This document shows, in pieces, positions 51,701 through 64,000 of a stretch of DNA of 64,000 nucleotides. How positions within the stretch are numbered: position 1 is the stretch's first letter; each line of letters begins with the position of its first letter. The stretch covers positions 62,186,001-62,250,000 of the forward strand of contig OZ024747.1 of the NCBI GenBank assembly GCA_964016885.1, in the 5' to 3' direction. Below the pieces are notes generated by a model. It saw nothing but the letters and a program-made list of their open reading frames with translations. It was not told the origin of the DNA and did not search any database. This DNA is from Eledone cirrhosa (lineage: Eukaryota). A program made the position numbers and the translations under genes.

Positions 51701-54700
51701 GAAGAGTGATAGATAAATATATATATGATGATGATGATATACATATATATAGGAAGAGTGATATATAAATATATATATCATGATGATAACGATGATATAT
51801 ATATATATATCACAAAGAGGGTGTGGTAAGATACCAAGTGGACCATAACACACCAGAGTACTCAATACTTGGAGTAGTTGAGTGGCTAATATGGAAAGAT
51901 TCAGGGCCTCGACGGATGAGCTTTGGCCGTTTCGACAGCTAGATTGACAGAGAGAGAGAGAGAGAGAGAGAGAGATATTTGTATATAAATATTCACCATC
52001 ATCATCATCCTCCTTTTACATCCGCTTTCCTATGCTCACTTGGATTGGACAAACATACACATACAGATATATAATCATCATCATTAAATGTTAGTGGTTC
52101 CTTATTGGCACAGGCTGGATGACTGCCATATATATATGTATATATATCATCATCATCATTTTACGTCCACTTTTCCCTGCTTACAAGGGTGGGACAGGAA
52201 CTGATTCTGGCTTGATTTCTACAGCTGGATGCCCTTCCTAACACCAACCTCATTTACAGTGAGTGCTGGGTGCTTTTTTGGTGTGGCACCTCCACGACCA
52301 CTTTGCAGTGGAATGATAGGGACCCCAGTCCCTATCATCTCATTTCTACAGCTGAGTAAACTGGAGCAATGTGAAATAAAGTGTCTTGCTCAAGGAAACA
52401 ACACATCACCCGGTCTGAGAGTTGAGTTCAATTCTCTATATATATATTGAAAACAAAATGATGTTTCATATTAAGGTCTTAGGGATATGTTAGTAACTGC
52501 CTCAATACAAATCTTGAGAAGCTAGGCTTCACAGGAACAGAAAGAACACAACTAGTTAGGAAATTACAAGTACAATCCATTAAGGGGAGAGTAAAAATAT
52601 GTAAATCATTCCAAACATTCTGCATCTAATAACTGCATATACACATGTACAGATACAAAGCATATACACATGCACACATACAATACCATCCATACCTGCA
52701 CACACACACACACACACACACATGCAGACATGCATTCATATCTACCTAGTTGATGTTTTAATTCCAATGAGAGAGTCTTGTGTCTATGTTAGAAACTGAC
52801 TCTCTTTACTGGCAAAAATTTGTGAAATTATAAAACCAGAACATACATACATACATACAAACATACAAACATACATACACACAGAAACATACATACATAC
52901 ACATACATAAATACACACATACATGCACACACACACATGCATGTGTGTGTATCTAGTGCATGTTCATGTGTATGAATACATGTGTGTGTGTGGGTGTGTG
53001 TGTGCATCTGTGTACATGCATGTGAGTGTGTGTGTGTGTACATGTGTGCGCGTGCGTGTACGTGTGTGTGCGGTTGCATGCATATGTGTGTGTGTGTGTG
53101 TGCATGTGTGTGAGTGCACATGCATGTGTCTGCATGTGTGTGCATGTGTGTACATGTGTGTACTTGTGTGAGTGCATATGTGTGAATGAAATGTGTTTTG
53201 TTTGCCTATTTACTGGAGAATATCCAACTAAATTCCTTGTACTGTGTCAGGAATGCTACAGCCCCTCCCCATCTCTCATATTTTAAACAAATAAATACTC
53301 CCTAATGATTGGTCTTCATTGCATCATCATCATCATCACAATACACCCCCAATCAACCCCTCCCCCCATCACATTACACCTATGACCAATTGTGAAATAA
53401 TTTATTGTTGACATAGCCATGGAAACTGGCCAAGATATAGTTTCCAAAAAACTACATTCCTGACTCAGCACTCAAGATTAAGGGAAAGACCATCACCATC
53501 ATCATCTCTATCACTATATTCATTGTCGTCATCATCATCATCACCATTATCATCATCTATCATGATCATCATTGTCGTCACCATCACCATGGTCGTCATC
53601 ATGGTCATCATCATCACCATACTTATCATCATCATCCTCATTGCTATCATGATCACCATCACCATCATCATCACCTCTATCATGATGATCATTGTCGTCA
53701 TCATCACCATCATCTCTATCATGATGATCATTGTCGTCATCATCATCATCATCATAATCATTGTCGTCATCATCATTATTAGTGTTAACTTTGCCTTTCA
53801 TCCTTACGGGGTCGATAAAATAAAGTACCAGTAATACACTTGATAATTGCTGGCCTTGTGCCAAAAGTAGAAACAATTATTATTATCATTGTATGATGTC
53901 TGCTTTCTCTGTTAGCAAGGGTTGAACAGGATGTCAGCAAACTGGGTTGGTATTCAAAGAGGAGGTACTACAAACCCCATGGTGGATTGAGAGCATGCAT
54001 CTTGCTTAGGTTCCTGCACCCTACCAAATATTGAGATGGGCCAGTGGCCTGTGATAGACATGACATATCATTCTTCACACTACCGAGTGCATTTTATCAT
54101 GGCACCAGCACTAGCGAGGTTTTTGTGTTTTTGATGCAGCTGAAGAACATTCCCGACTCTTTGTTTGGTAGGTTTTCTACAGGTGGATGCCCTTTCTATC
54201 ACCGAACACTTTACAGAGTGTACTGGGTGTGTTTATCATGAAGGTGTCATGACAAAAAGTACCCAGCTCACACTGTCAATGTGGTTGGCGTTAGGAAGGG
54301 CATTCAGCCGTAGAAGACTAGCCCGAAAACACTCAACCCACACTGCCAAGTGGACGTGTAAAAGACACGGCAAAAAGCACCCAGCTCACACTGTCAATGT
54401 GGTTGGCGTTAGGAAGGGCATCCAGCCATAGAAGACCAGCCCGAAAACACTCAACCCACACTGCCAAGTGGACGTGTAAAAGACACGGCAAAAAGCACCC
54501 AGCTCACACTGTCAATGTGGTTGGCGTTAGGAAGGGCATCCAGCCGTAGAAAACCAGCCAGAAAATCCCCTATATGAGCGAGGCATGGTCACCCAACCCA
54601 ACTTGCCTCTAATTGGGACAAACCTGTCTAACCCATGCTAGCGTGGAAGATAGACGTTAATCGACGATGACGATTACCAACATTAGAATAAAATCAACCA

Positions 54701-55441
54701 GTGACATAGCTATAGAAGGAGTGATTGGTTTTATTAGATGTCTATCACATTTAAGAATTAGATTGTTGTCATATCAATGTCTAGGGTGGGTAGATGCAGG
54801 GTTGGATTTAGACCTTGGGAGGGCCTGGGGCACTTCAGGTTTGGGTGGGGATACACAGAATATTAGAATACACTGCAAATTGTCCCCCGAGCCCCACCCC
54901 TAATTTTACATCTCAAAATTAACTTGGTACAAGTAATTGGAATTGAAAAGTTATACATAGAGGTATGGAATTTTAAAAAAATCTAACCATCCTAAAACTA
55001 AAATGCCCAGATTAGGACACAAATTTCTACGGCCCTCGTTGGTGAGGCCTCCCCAACTGTAGGGGGCCTCCTCAACTGCAGGGGGCCCGGGGCAATTGCT
55101 CCATGTATGTATGTATCTATGAATCAAACAAATACCATCAAGTCCTAATCCTGACTTACACAAGACAAAGTACAAGAACTAACCATGCTCACCAGGATCC
55201 TATCTAAACCACACTCCCATGTATGACAATAACTGAACCCTCTCCAATTAACAATACAGAGGTGAAGGATATCATCAGGTTTCAAATGTCTTATTATGTG
55301 GTTTCTGTACATCTGCAGTGACCATTATCCCATTATACAATAAATAGTTCATCGCACACAGAATAGAATCAACCTCCAGTTAACAAATTCTATCAACACA
55401 AATATACACATACACATGTAAGCACACACACACACACACAC

Positions 55442-55529
<88 letters not shown>

Positions 55530-55637
55530 GCCCTCTGCAATCTAAGAGGTCAGTAACCCTGCTTGTGTACTGACTCAGTTGGTGATGAACTGCCCAACTC
55601 TTGCTAGATGAAAAACGGTTAAATTTGATGGTGATTG

Positions 55638-55669
<32 letters not shown>

Positions 55670-55677
55670 TATATACA

Positions 55678-55746
<69 letters not shown>

Positions 55747-55763
55747 GTATGCATGAATGTATA

Positions 55764-55815
<52 letters not shown>

Positions 55816-56274
55816 TATATGTATGCATGAATATATGAATATATATATATATATATAATGGAAAAATTTGAACAGGAACAAAACAGAGAGGCAGTACAAC
55901 GAATGTTTATTAATTTCACACATACGTGTGTATACATATATATATATGTATACACACATATGTATGCATGAATGTATATATGTATATATATACACATACT
56001 TGGCATTTAATATATATGTATATATTTTATACAACTGACATATAGATATTTCAAATCCTAAAATTCATTAAATTTTGAAAGAAGCCCACAGCAATGGAAG
56101 CATTTGAGCCACATTTCCTATGTCAAATACAACCAGATGTAAACTTTATCCTGATGGAAGCTGACAAGGCAGTAACTGATAGCTCTTTTGATTTATCATT
56201 ATTTCACTACATATATAGAATTAATGAAGATTTATATTGACTCGGGGTGTATTTGGTACTTACACTTATGTGTG

Positions 56275-56408
56275 TGACTATATATACATATATATATACA
56301 CAAACACACATACACATGTATGTGTGTATATATATACACACATGTGTATATATATATATACATACACAAACACACACACATGTATGTGTGTATATATATA
56401 CACACATG

Positions 56409-56450
<42 letters not shown>

Positions 56451-56484
56451 AACACATGTATGTGTGTATATATATACACACATG

Positions 56485-56524
<40 letters not shown>

Positions 56525-56555
56525 AACACATGTATGTGTGTATATATATACACAC

Positions 56556-56586
<31 letters not shown>

Positions 56587-56626
56587 CACAAACACATGTA
56601 TGTGTGTATATATATATACACACATG

Positions 56627-56668
<42 letters not shown>

Positions 56669-56702
56669 AACACATGTATGTGTGTATATATATACACACA
56701 TG

Positions 56703-56742
<40 letters not shown>

Positions 56743-56773
56743 AACACATGTATGTGTGTATATATATACACAC

Positions 56774-56804
<31 letters not shown>

Positions 56805-57556
56805 CACAAACACATGTATGTGTGTATATATATATACACACATGTATGTGTATATATATATATATATATATATACACAAACACACACACATGTATGCGTG
56901 TATATATATACACACATGTATGTGTATATATATATATATATATATACACAAACACACACACATGTATGTGTGTATATATATACACACATGTATGTGTATA
57001 TATATACATATATATATACACAAACACACACACATGTATGTGTGTATATATATACACACATGTATGTGTATATATATATATACACACACACACACGTATT
57101 TGTGTATATATATATATATATATACACACGCATGGCTAGTGGTTAGAGCATTGGCCTTGCAATCAAAAGGTTGTGAGTTCAATTCTCAGACCGGGTGATG
57201 TGTTGTTTCCTTGAGCAAGACACTTTATTTCACATTGCTCCAGTTTACTCAGCTGTAGAAATGAGATGATAGGGACTGGGGTCCCTATCGTTCCACTGCA
57301 AAGTGGTCGTGGAGGTGCCACGGCAAAAAAGCACCCAGCACTCACTGTAAATGAGGTTGGTGTTAGGAAGGGCATCCAGCTGTAGAAATCAAGCCAGAAT
57401 CAGTTCCCGTCCCACCCTTGCAAGCAGGGAAAAGTGGACGTAAAATGAAATGATGATGATGAATGATGATACACACACACACACACGTATTTGTGTATAT
57501 ATATATATATATACACACGCACACATTTGTGTATATATATATACACACACACACAC

Positions 57557-57605
<49 letters not shown>

Positions 57606-57639
57606 TATTTGTGTATATATATATACACACACACACGTA

Positions 57640-57689
<50 letters not shown>

Positions 57690-57790
57690 TATTTGTGTAT
57701 ATATATACATACACACGTATTTGTATATATATATATATATATATATATACATACAAACACACACATATTATATATATATACACACACACA
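56275..57790. repeat. Compound (TA)n/(CA)n/(TG)n higher-order microsatellite
   Basis: Units like ACACAAACACATGTATGTGTG(TA)nCACACATGT repeat on both sides of the SINE at 57131. Confidence 0.9.
57131..57460 (+). mobile_element. tRNA-derived CORE-like SINE with RTE-type tail
   Basis: CATGGCTAGTGGTTAGAGC (A box), GAGTTCAATTC (B box), CCTTGAGCAAGACACTT core, AGGAAGGGCATCCAGCTGTAGAAA tail, (GAT)n end. Relatives at ~4797, 21056, 23848 and 26190. Confidence 0.8.
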
Positions 57791-59679
57791 TTGGAATTTT
57801 GTATTTCTAAAGAAATACGGTATGTTTATAAACAAACAGTGTATTTCTTTAGAAATACGAAATTCCAATACATATCTGTATACAGCTATGCTCGAAGCTA
57901 AATTCTAATTCTTTTATATAAATATATAAAAAAACAAACGATTAAGTGTGAAATATAGGTTCAATTCCTACAAAAACTCACCCCACAACCAGCATTTGAC
58001 TAACCTCTGCTTCGCGCCTAGTTGTTTGTTTTTCCTATACATTTAAATATATTATTACTCCGTGATCTTCCACCTAGATACTGTACACTGATCTCTTTTT
58101 TGGGACTATTACCATACCTTGTGCAAAGACAATGTCGAGAAAAATACTTTCACAAGCAATATTACTTGTTTATTTTGTTTGTACACTGATCCACACAAAC
58201 AAATTTGAACCGTACATATCTTTATATATATATCTATTACCAAACTCCATCCATAAACCACCGAAATTGAAACTAAATATTACACTCATTTTGTCTTCCT
58301 GGTTATATATATATATAGTAATAATAATAAATGTGAAGACTAAAATCCTAAGAGGGCTCGATAAGGATAATATATATATAAATATATATAAAAAGCGTAG
58401 AGCAAATATTTATTAAAATAACATTCAAGTTTAAGCAAAGAATTGCTGCTTTCACCCTTAACGGGATCTTCTGAAGGGAGTTTACCCGTTAAGGGTAAAA
58501 GCAGCGATTCTTTGCTTAAACTTTAATCTGTTATTTTAATAAATTAATATATATATATTGGTTGAGTAGGAGTACGACAAAAAGCACCCAGCACACACTG
58601 TAAATGTGGTTGGCATTAGGAAGGGCATCCAGCCGTAGAAATCTAGCCAGAAACAGTCCTATATGAGCAAGACACGGTCCCATGACCCAACTTACCTCTA
58701 ATGAATGGGACAATCTATCTAACCCATGCTAGCATGGAAAATGGACGTTAAACAATGATGATAATGATGATGATGATATATATATATATATATACACATA
58801 CCAACATATATTGACATGATGTATACATACATACCTTCATAGATACATAGGCATGAGGCCAATTGTGTGAAGAGAGTGTAGTCAATGAAATTTTACCCCA
58901 GCATCTTACTGGTATTCATATTATTGAGCCTGCAAGGATAAATTTTAATTTGCTCTCAGCAGGCCTTAAACCATCAATTAGGTTGGTGCAGATGAGATAC
59001 TACTACTACTATACTACTACTACTGCTGCTACTATTACTACAACTACCACTGCTACTACAACTGCTACTGCAACTACTACTACTACTAATACTGCTGTCA
59101 CAGTCACTACCTCAATTCCAACCAATAATAATGATAAGAATAATAACAACAAAAATAATAACAACAACAATAACAATAATAATGGTAACAACAACAATGT
59201 TTCTACTTTTGATACAAGGGCAGCAATTACCTCAGTGCATTACTGGTACTTTGTTTTATCGTCCCCGTAAGGATACAAGGCAAAGTTAATAATGATTTCT
59301 ACTATAGGCACAAGGCCAGTAATTTGAGGACAGGGAAAAGTCAATTAAGTCAATAAAATGAAGCAAAAAAGAAATTTCACAATATGGGAGGGAGGGGGGG
59401 GGGAGACCTCCGTGGGTGACTCGTGGAGAAAGCCCATAAAAAGCGACGGTGACCCTGACCACCAGGGCAAGTACCCTCTCTTAGTTTTCCATCTCCAAGG
59501 CACATACTCAGAGTAGGCCCATTCACTCAGGCTATGCTCGCCTCTCTCACTCATCTTTCAACAAATTGGAACGGAAATAAAAAATTGTTTCTACTTTCGG
59601 CACAAGGCCAGCAATTACCCCAGTACATTACTGGTGCTTTATTTTTTTTTGACCCCGTAAGGATGAAAGGCAAAGTAAC

Positions 59680-61420
59680 CAAACTAACAGATAGCTGTGA
59701 AAAAGATGAAAACAAACAAGAAACAGCAGCAGAAATTGTAAAATACTTAAAATCCAAACGATTAATAAACCTTCAGAATGTCATGTTAAAAAGATGGCAA
59801 GAAAACCCATTACATGGCCAATACTTGAAAAGGTTGAATAGAGAAGAAGTAGACAAACAAAACACACAAAACTGACTACAAAGCACTGGACTAAAAGCTG
59901 AGAGAGAGGGATTTCTGGTTGCAGCACAAGACCAAAGCCTCCCTACCAGAAACCACCTGAAATACATAATGGAAAAGAACATAGTCAGTAAATGCATGTG
60001 GAAGTGGGGAAGAAACCATGAACCACATTATCTCAGGCTGCCCAGTCTTAGCCAAAAAGGAATACATCAACAGACATGATAGAGTAGGGACCTACATACA
60101 TTGGAGGTTATGCCAGCATTATGACACACTAGCAGAAAAACAACCCTTCGGGTGGTTTTCTGCTAGCATGTGTAGTGTGCACATTGATATTATACGCAAG
60201 TATATATGCATGTAGATATGATACACCAAATAAAATCGCAATTGACAATATACACAGAAATTGAACGAAGACTGCGTTACACTGTCTTAGGTAATCAGTA
60301 ATGTAATCCATGATACATTAAAAAAAGACGATATTATATATATAAACTTCATTAGGAGAAAATTAGTGACGGAAATATATGAATATTTATTTAAGCGATC
60401 GCTAACCGGAAGTGTTGACATTTGAAAATTTTAAAGAAGTGAGTCTTAAAATAAGCAACAAAATTATTTATATTTAATCAAGAATAACGAAATTTAGTAG
60501 ATGAATTATGTAATATTCATTCATTATTTATTCAAAGTAATCCAACTTATTTTACAAACGGGATAAAAAATATATATATTCTGGACGCAGTCCCGCACTC
60601 CTTACTTTATTATAGTTTACTAGCAGAAAAACCATCCTCGTGGGATTTTCTGCTAGCCTGTGTAGTGTGTATATTGATATGTAGTGTGTATATTGATATT
60701 ATACGTAAGTATATATGCATGTAGATATGATACATCAAATAAAACCGTAATTGACAATATACACAGAAATTGAACGAAAACTGTTTTATGTAATCAGTAA
60801 CGTAATCCATGATACATTAAAAAAAGACGATATTATATATAAACTGCGTTAGGAGAAAATTAGTGACAGAAATATATGAATATTTATTTAAACGATCGCT
60901 AACCGGAAGTGTTGACATTTGACAATTTTAAAGAAATGAATCTTTAAATAAGTAATAAAATATATTTAATTCTCTGGGATATACCAATAAATACAGACAG
61001 GGAGATCAAAGCCAACCGACAGGACATTATAGTCAAAGACTACAAAGAAAAAAAAAATCTTCTAATTTATGTATGTATCAATCCCAACTGACAACATTTC
61101 TGCCAAGGAAATGGAGAAACTACCTAAATATAAAGATCAAGAGATAGAAATAACTCGAATGTGGATGTTGAAGACAGAAACAATACCCATAATTATCGGT
61201 GCTCTGGGAATTATAAAAAAGTACGCAGACAAATACATAACCCAAACCCCATGACTCACAAATATATACAACATATAAAAAATAGCACTACTAGGCACTG
61301 CATATATGTTACAAAGAGTACTCTCACTACAATAGAACAAACACCACCAAAAACCACACTGCACATACCAAAGGTGCACAAAGCTGTACCCGGTAATGCA
61401 GTGATAATGTGCAAAATAAT
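59680..61420 (+). mobile_element. Restriction-endonuclease-type (R4/Dong-like) non-LTR retrotransposon 3' part, interrupted
   Basis: WQENPLHGQY, EGFLVAAQDQSL, ETMNHIISGCPVLAKKEYINRHD, ILWDIPINTDREIKANRQDII, KEMEKLPKYKD, IPIIIGALG; split by an insertion at 60130-60965. Confidence 0.85.
60130..60965 (-). mobile_element. Head-to-tail dimer of a Helitron-like element inside the R4-like LINE
   Basis: Two similar copies begin at ~60130 and ~60619, each with ACTAGCAGAAAA...TTTTCTGCTAG (hairpin plus CTAG|T on the minus strand). Confidence 0.65.
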
Positions 61421-61453
61421 AATAATAATTTGACAAATTAAGAAAGTATAAAG

Positions 61454-62534
61454 CAGGGGTTGCCGGATCCGGCCCGCGAGAACTGGTGCCCAATGAGTTG
61501 TTTATTTCAAAATTAAATTTATTGTAATATAAGAGACGAGACTTTCGAATACAATAAAAGGTCTGCTGTTACATTCTTCCCCAAATTTTCTGATTCACTC
61601 TACCTAATGTCCACCACCAACTGGATGTGAATGCTATGACATCAAAAACACAATTAAAAATTTGTCGCGTATGCAGAGCTCCGTACATCATTTCCGCTCA
61701 CACAACACAAAAACAATAATAATTGTTTCTACTTTTGGCACAAGGCCATCAATTATTGCAGTGTATTACTGGTACTTTATTTTATCAACCCCGTAAGGAT
61801 GAATGGCAAAGTTAACCTCGGCGGGATTTGAACTCAGACCATAAAGGGCCGTAACAATAACAATAATAATTGTTTCTACTTTAGGCACAAGGCCAGCAAT
61901 TACCAGTACATTACTGGTACTTTATTTTATCGACCCCGTAAGGATGAAAGGCAAAGTCAACCTCGGCGGGATTTTAACTCAGATCATAATAATAATAATT
62001 GTTTTTACTTTTGGCACAAGACCAGCAATTACTCAGTGTATTACTGGTACCTTATTTTATCGACCCCGTAAGGATGAAAGGCAAAAATAACCTCGGCGGG
62101 ATTTGAACTCAGACCATAAAGGAGCGTAATTCTATGTTATGCTGGCAAGTACGGCGTCCGACCCTTATAATTCCGAAACATTTCTACCCAATCACCACCA
62201 TACCCGCGTAAAAAACAACAACAAAAAAAAAAAACCGAGAGCCGACTTTAGCCTCTACGCCAGACAAAAAGACTACCTCGAAGGGACCACAATTGTCTCA
62301 GTTGGCCTACTGCCTTCACTCCATCAACAGCGTGACACCCACGTCATCTCTGATTCGTGAAACATAACATTCATCTGTGGTTAATACAAATTATTTTCAA
62401 GTATAGTCAACACTTGTGATTAAATTTTAGCTTGTGTAATTTTCCATAATTATTCTTTTATGGCCTTCGTCCGGCCAGTTATCCGTCATTAATACTCGAT
62501 CCGGTCCGTGGAGGCAAAGAAGTTGCCGACCCTG
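61454..62534. mobile_element. hAT (Charlie-like) non-autonomous element with nested SINEs
   Basis: Ends CAGGGGTTGCC...GTTGCCGACCCTG flanked by a perfect 8-bp TSD GTATAAAG (61446-61453 and 62535-62542). Confidence 0.85.
61715..62170 (-). mobile_element. Three tandem Meta-like SINE copies
   Basis: The core TTTTATCGACCCCGTAAGGATGAAAGGCAAA occurs three times, each preceded by an (AAT)n tail. Confidence 0.85.
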
Positions 62535-63571
62535 GTATAAAGATTTGCTCAATGAAATTGAAAAGTGTGGAATCTTAATGTTGTTGTAGGGGCAGTAGGG
62601 ATGATCATAAAAAATGATCCCTGGCTTACCATCTCTGCAACAAGTACAACAATTTGTTTTAGCTGGTAGGGCATATGTTTTGAGAAAAGTCCTGTTACTG
62701 TAAGTTTGATAATATCATCTCTATAATTTTTTTTTAAACGATGGTGATGATGATAATAATGGTGGTAATGGTGATGATAATGGCATTGGTGATGGATGTG
62801 GTGACGTTGAAGGGTAGTAGGGGCGATGACAATGGTGGGGATGCTGATATGGGTGATGATAATGGTGCTTGGGGTGGTGGTGACAGTGGTGGTCATGGTG
62901 GTCCTGCTCATAGTAGTAATGGTGAGTGATGGTGGTGGTGGTGGTAATGTTTGTAGTGGTAGTGGTGATGGCGATGGTTGTGGGCAGTAGGTATGAAGGT
63001 GATGGCGATGATGATGATGATGGTGATGATGGCGATGATGATGATGATGGTGATGACGGTAATGGTAATGATGTCAATGAAGTTCTATTTGAGGATGTTA
63101 CTTTTCAGTTTGAGAACAATTTATGTGAAGAGTTCCGGTTAAACATTTGCCAAATAATTTCTGATAAGATATTACTTAGCAGCTGTTAATGCTTTGTATA
63201 CATACATACATACACATATTCACACATGTATATATACATACATACATACATACATACATACACAAACACACATGCATAGATACTTACACAAACACACACA
63301 TGCATAGATACTTACACAAACACCAACGCACACACACACGTGTACAAACCTGGAGAGGGGAAGGGCTCTGTCAGGTTTAAAGTGTCTAAGATGTGCTGTA
63401 TGTCACAGTAGCATCCCTACAACTTCATCAGGAGTTACACACACACACACACACACACACGTACGTACGTAAAAGGTAAACAGAAATAACAACACAATCG
63501 GTACAGTATATGGAAGGTATATATTAGGTTAACGCCTGAAATAGGATCCACTGCAATATTGCTGTGGATCC

Positions 63572-63990
63572 TTGGATGAAAAACTGCATCCTTATAATCA
63601 AAATATCATGCATGGTTATGTTGCTAGGAAGCTCCAAAGTGAGAGTAATATAAATAAGCAAAGTAGTCTATCTTGGACCAACTGCTATATTGGTTCTTAC
63701 TTTCAAGGATATGTTTCTGCAATCCAAGAACAGGAAATCATAAAAAAAAACCTGATTTACAAAAGAGATAGGGATGCATGCAAACCACCTAGATGTGACA
63801 ACAGATGCAGACTCTGCAGAATTAACGTCAAAGATGTCACCCATGTCATAAGCAGCTGTCCAAAGGTATCATCACGGTACTATGTACCTATGAAGCATGA
63901 TGTAGTGGCCATGCAACCCATAGAAAGGATAGCTCCAACAATAAACATAAAAAAAAGTTACAGCAATCTGGAGGATATATAAATACATAA
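63572..63990 (+). mobile_element. RLE-type non-LTR retrotransposon fragment (zinc knuckle region)
   Basis: MHGY...AIQEQEI...CRLC...VTHVISSCP...KHD. A related C-terminal fragment at ~52465-52630 reads LGYVSNCLNTNLEKLG...KICKSFQTF*. Confidence 0.8.
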
Positions 63991-64000
63991 TCGTTTCTAC

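Noticed and set aside
53465-53876. Met-rich or Asp/His-rich ORFs
   Set aside because: They come from a (CAT)n-derived tract adjoining a SINE.
55393-57908. Long YI/HT/CV ORFs up to 316 aa
   Set aside because: These are dinucleotide microsatellite translations.

Overview
This is AT-rich, repeat-dense animal genomic DNA. The (TA)n/(CA)n/(CAT)n load and the SINE families suggest an octopus or other coleoid cephalopod (inference). It contains two recognisable genes arranged head-to-head about 10.7 kb apart. One is the first coding exon of RIC1 (minus strand, 1288-1428). The other is a complete 13-exon AFG1L/LACE1 mitochondrial AAA+ ATPase gene (plus strand, 12167-29176, 456 aa when spliced by hand, all introns GT-AG with matching phases). 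A candidate ~99-aa single-pass membrane microprotein lies at 47154-47453 (minus), with an array of stem-loop repeats just behind its stop codon. The rest is mostly transposon-derived: a near full-length decayed CR1/L2-type LINE with a PHD-like ORF1, RTE and restriction-endonuclease-type LINE fragments, two tRNA-derived SINE families, piggyBac/hAT/Tigger-like MITEs, non-autonomous Helitrons and Penelope-like remnants. The most interesting unexplained signals are minimal hammerhead-ribozyme motifs, a pre-miRNA-like hairpin, a tandem array of long hairpins, and inverted repeat pairs that could fold pre-mRNA into dsRNA. There is no CRISPR array or prokaryotic system. Most long ORFs in the supplied track are microsatellite artefacts. 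All family calls come from motif recognition, not database searches.
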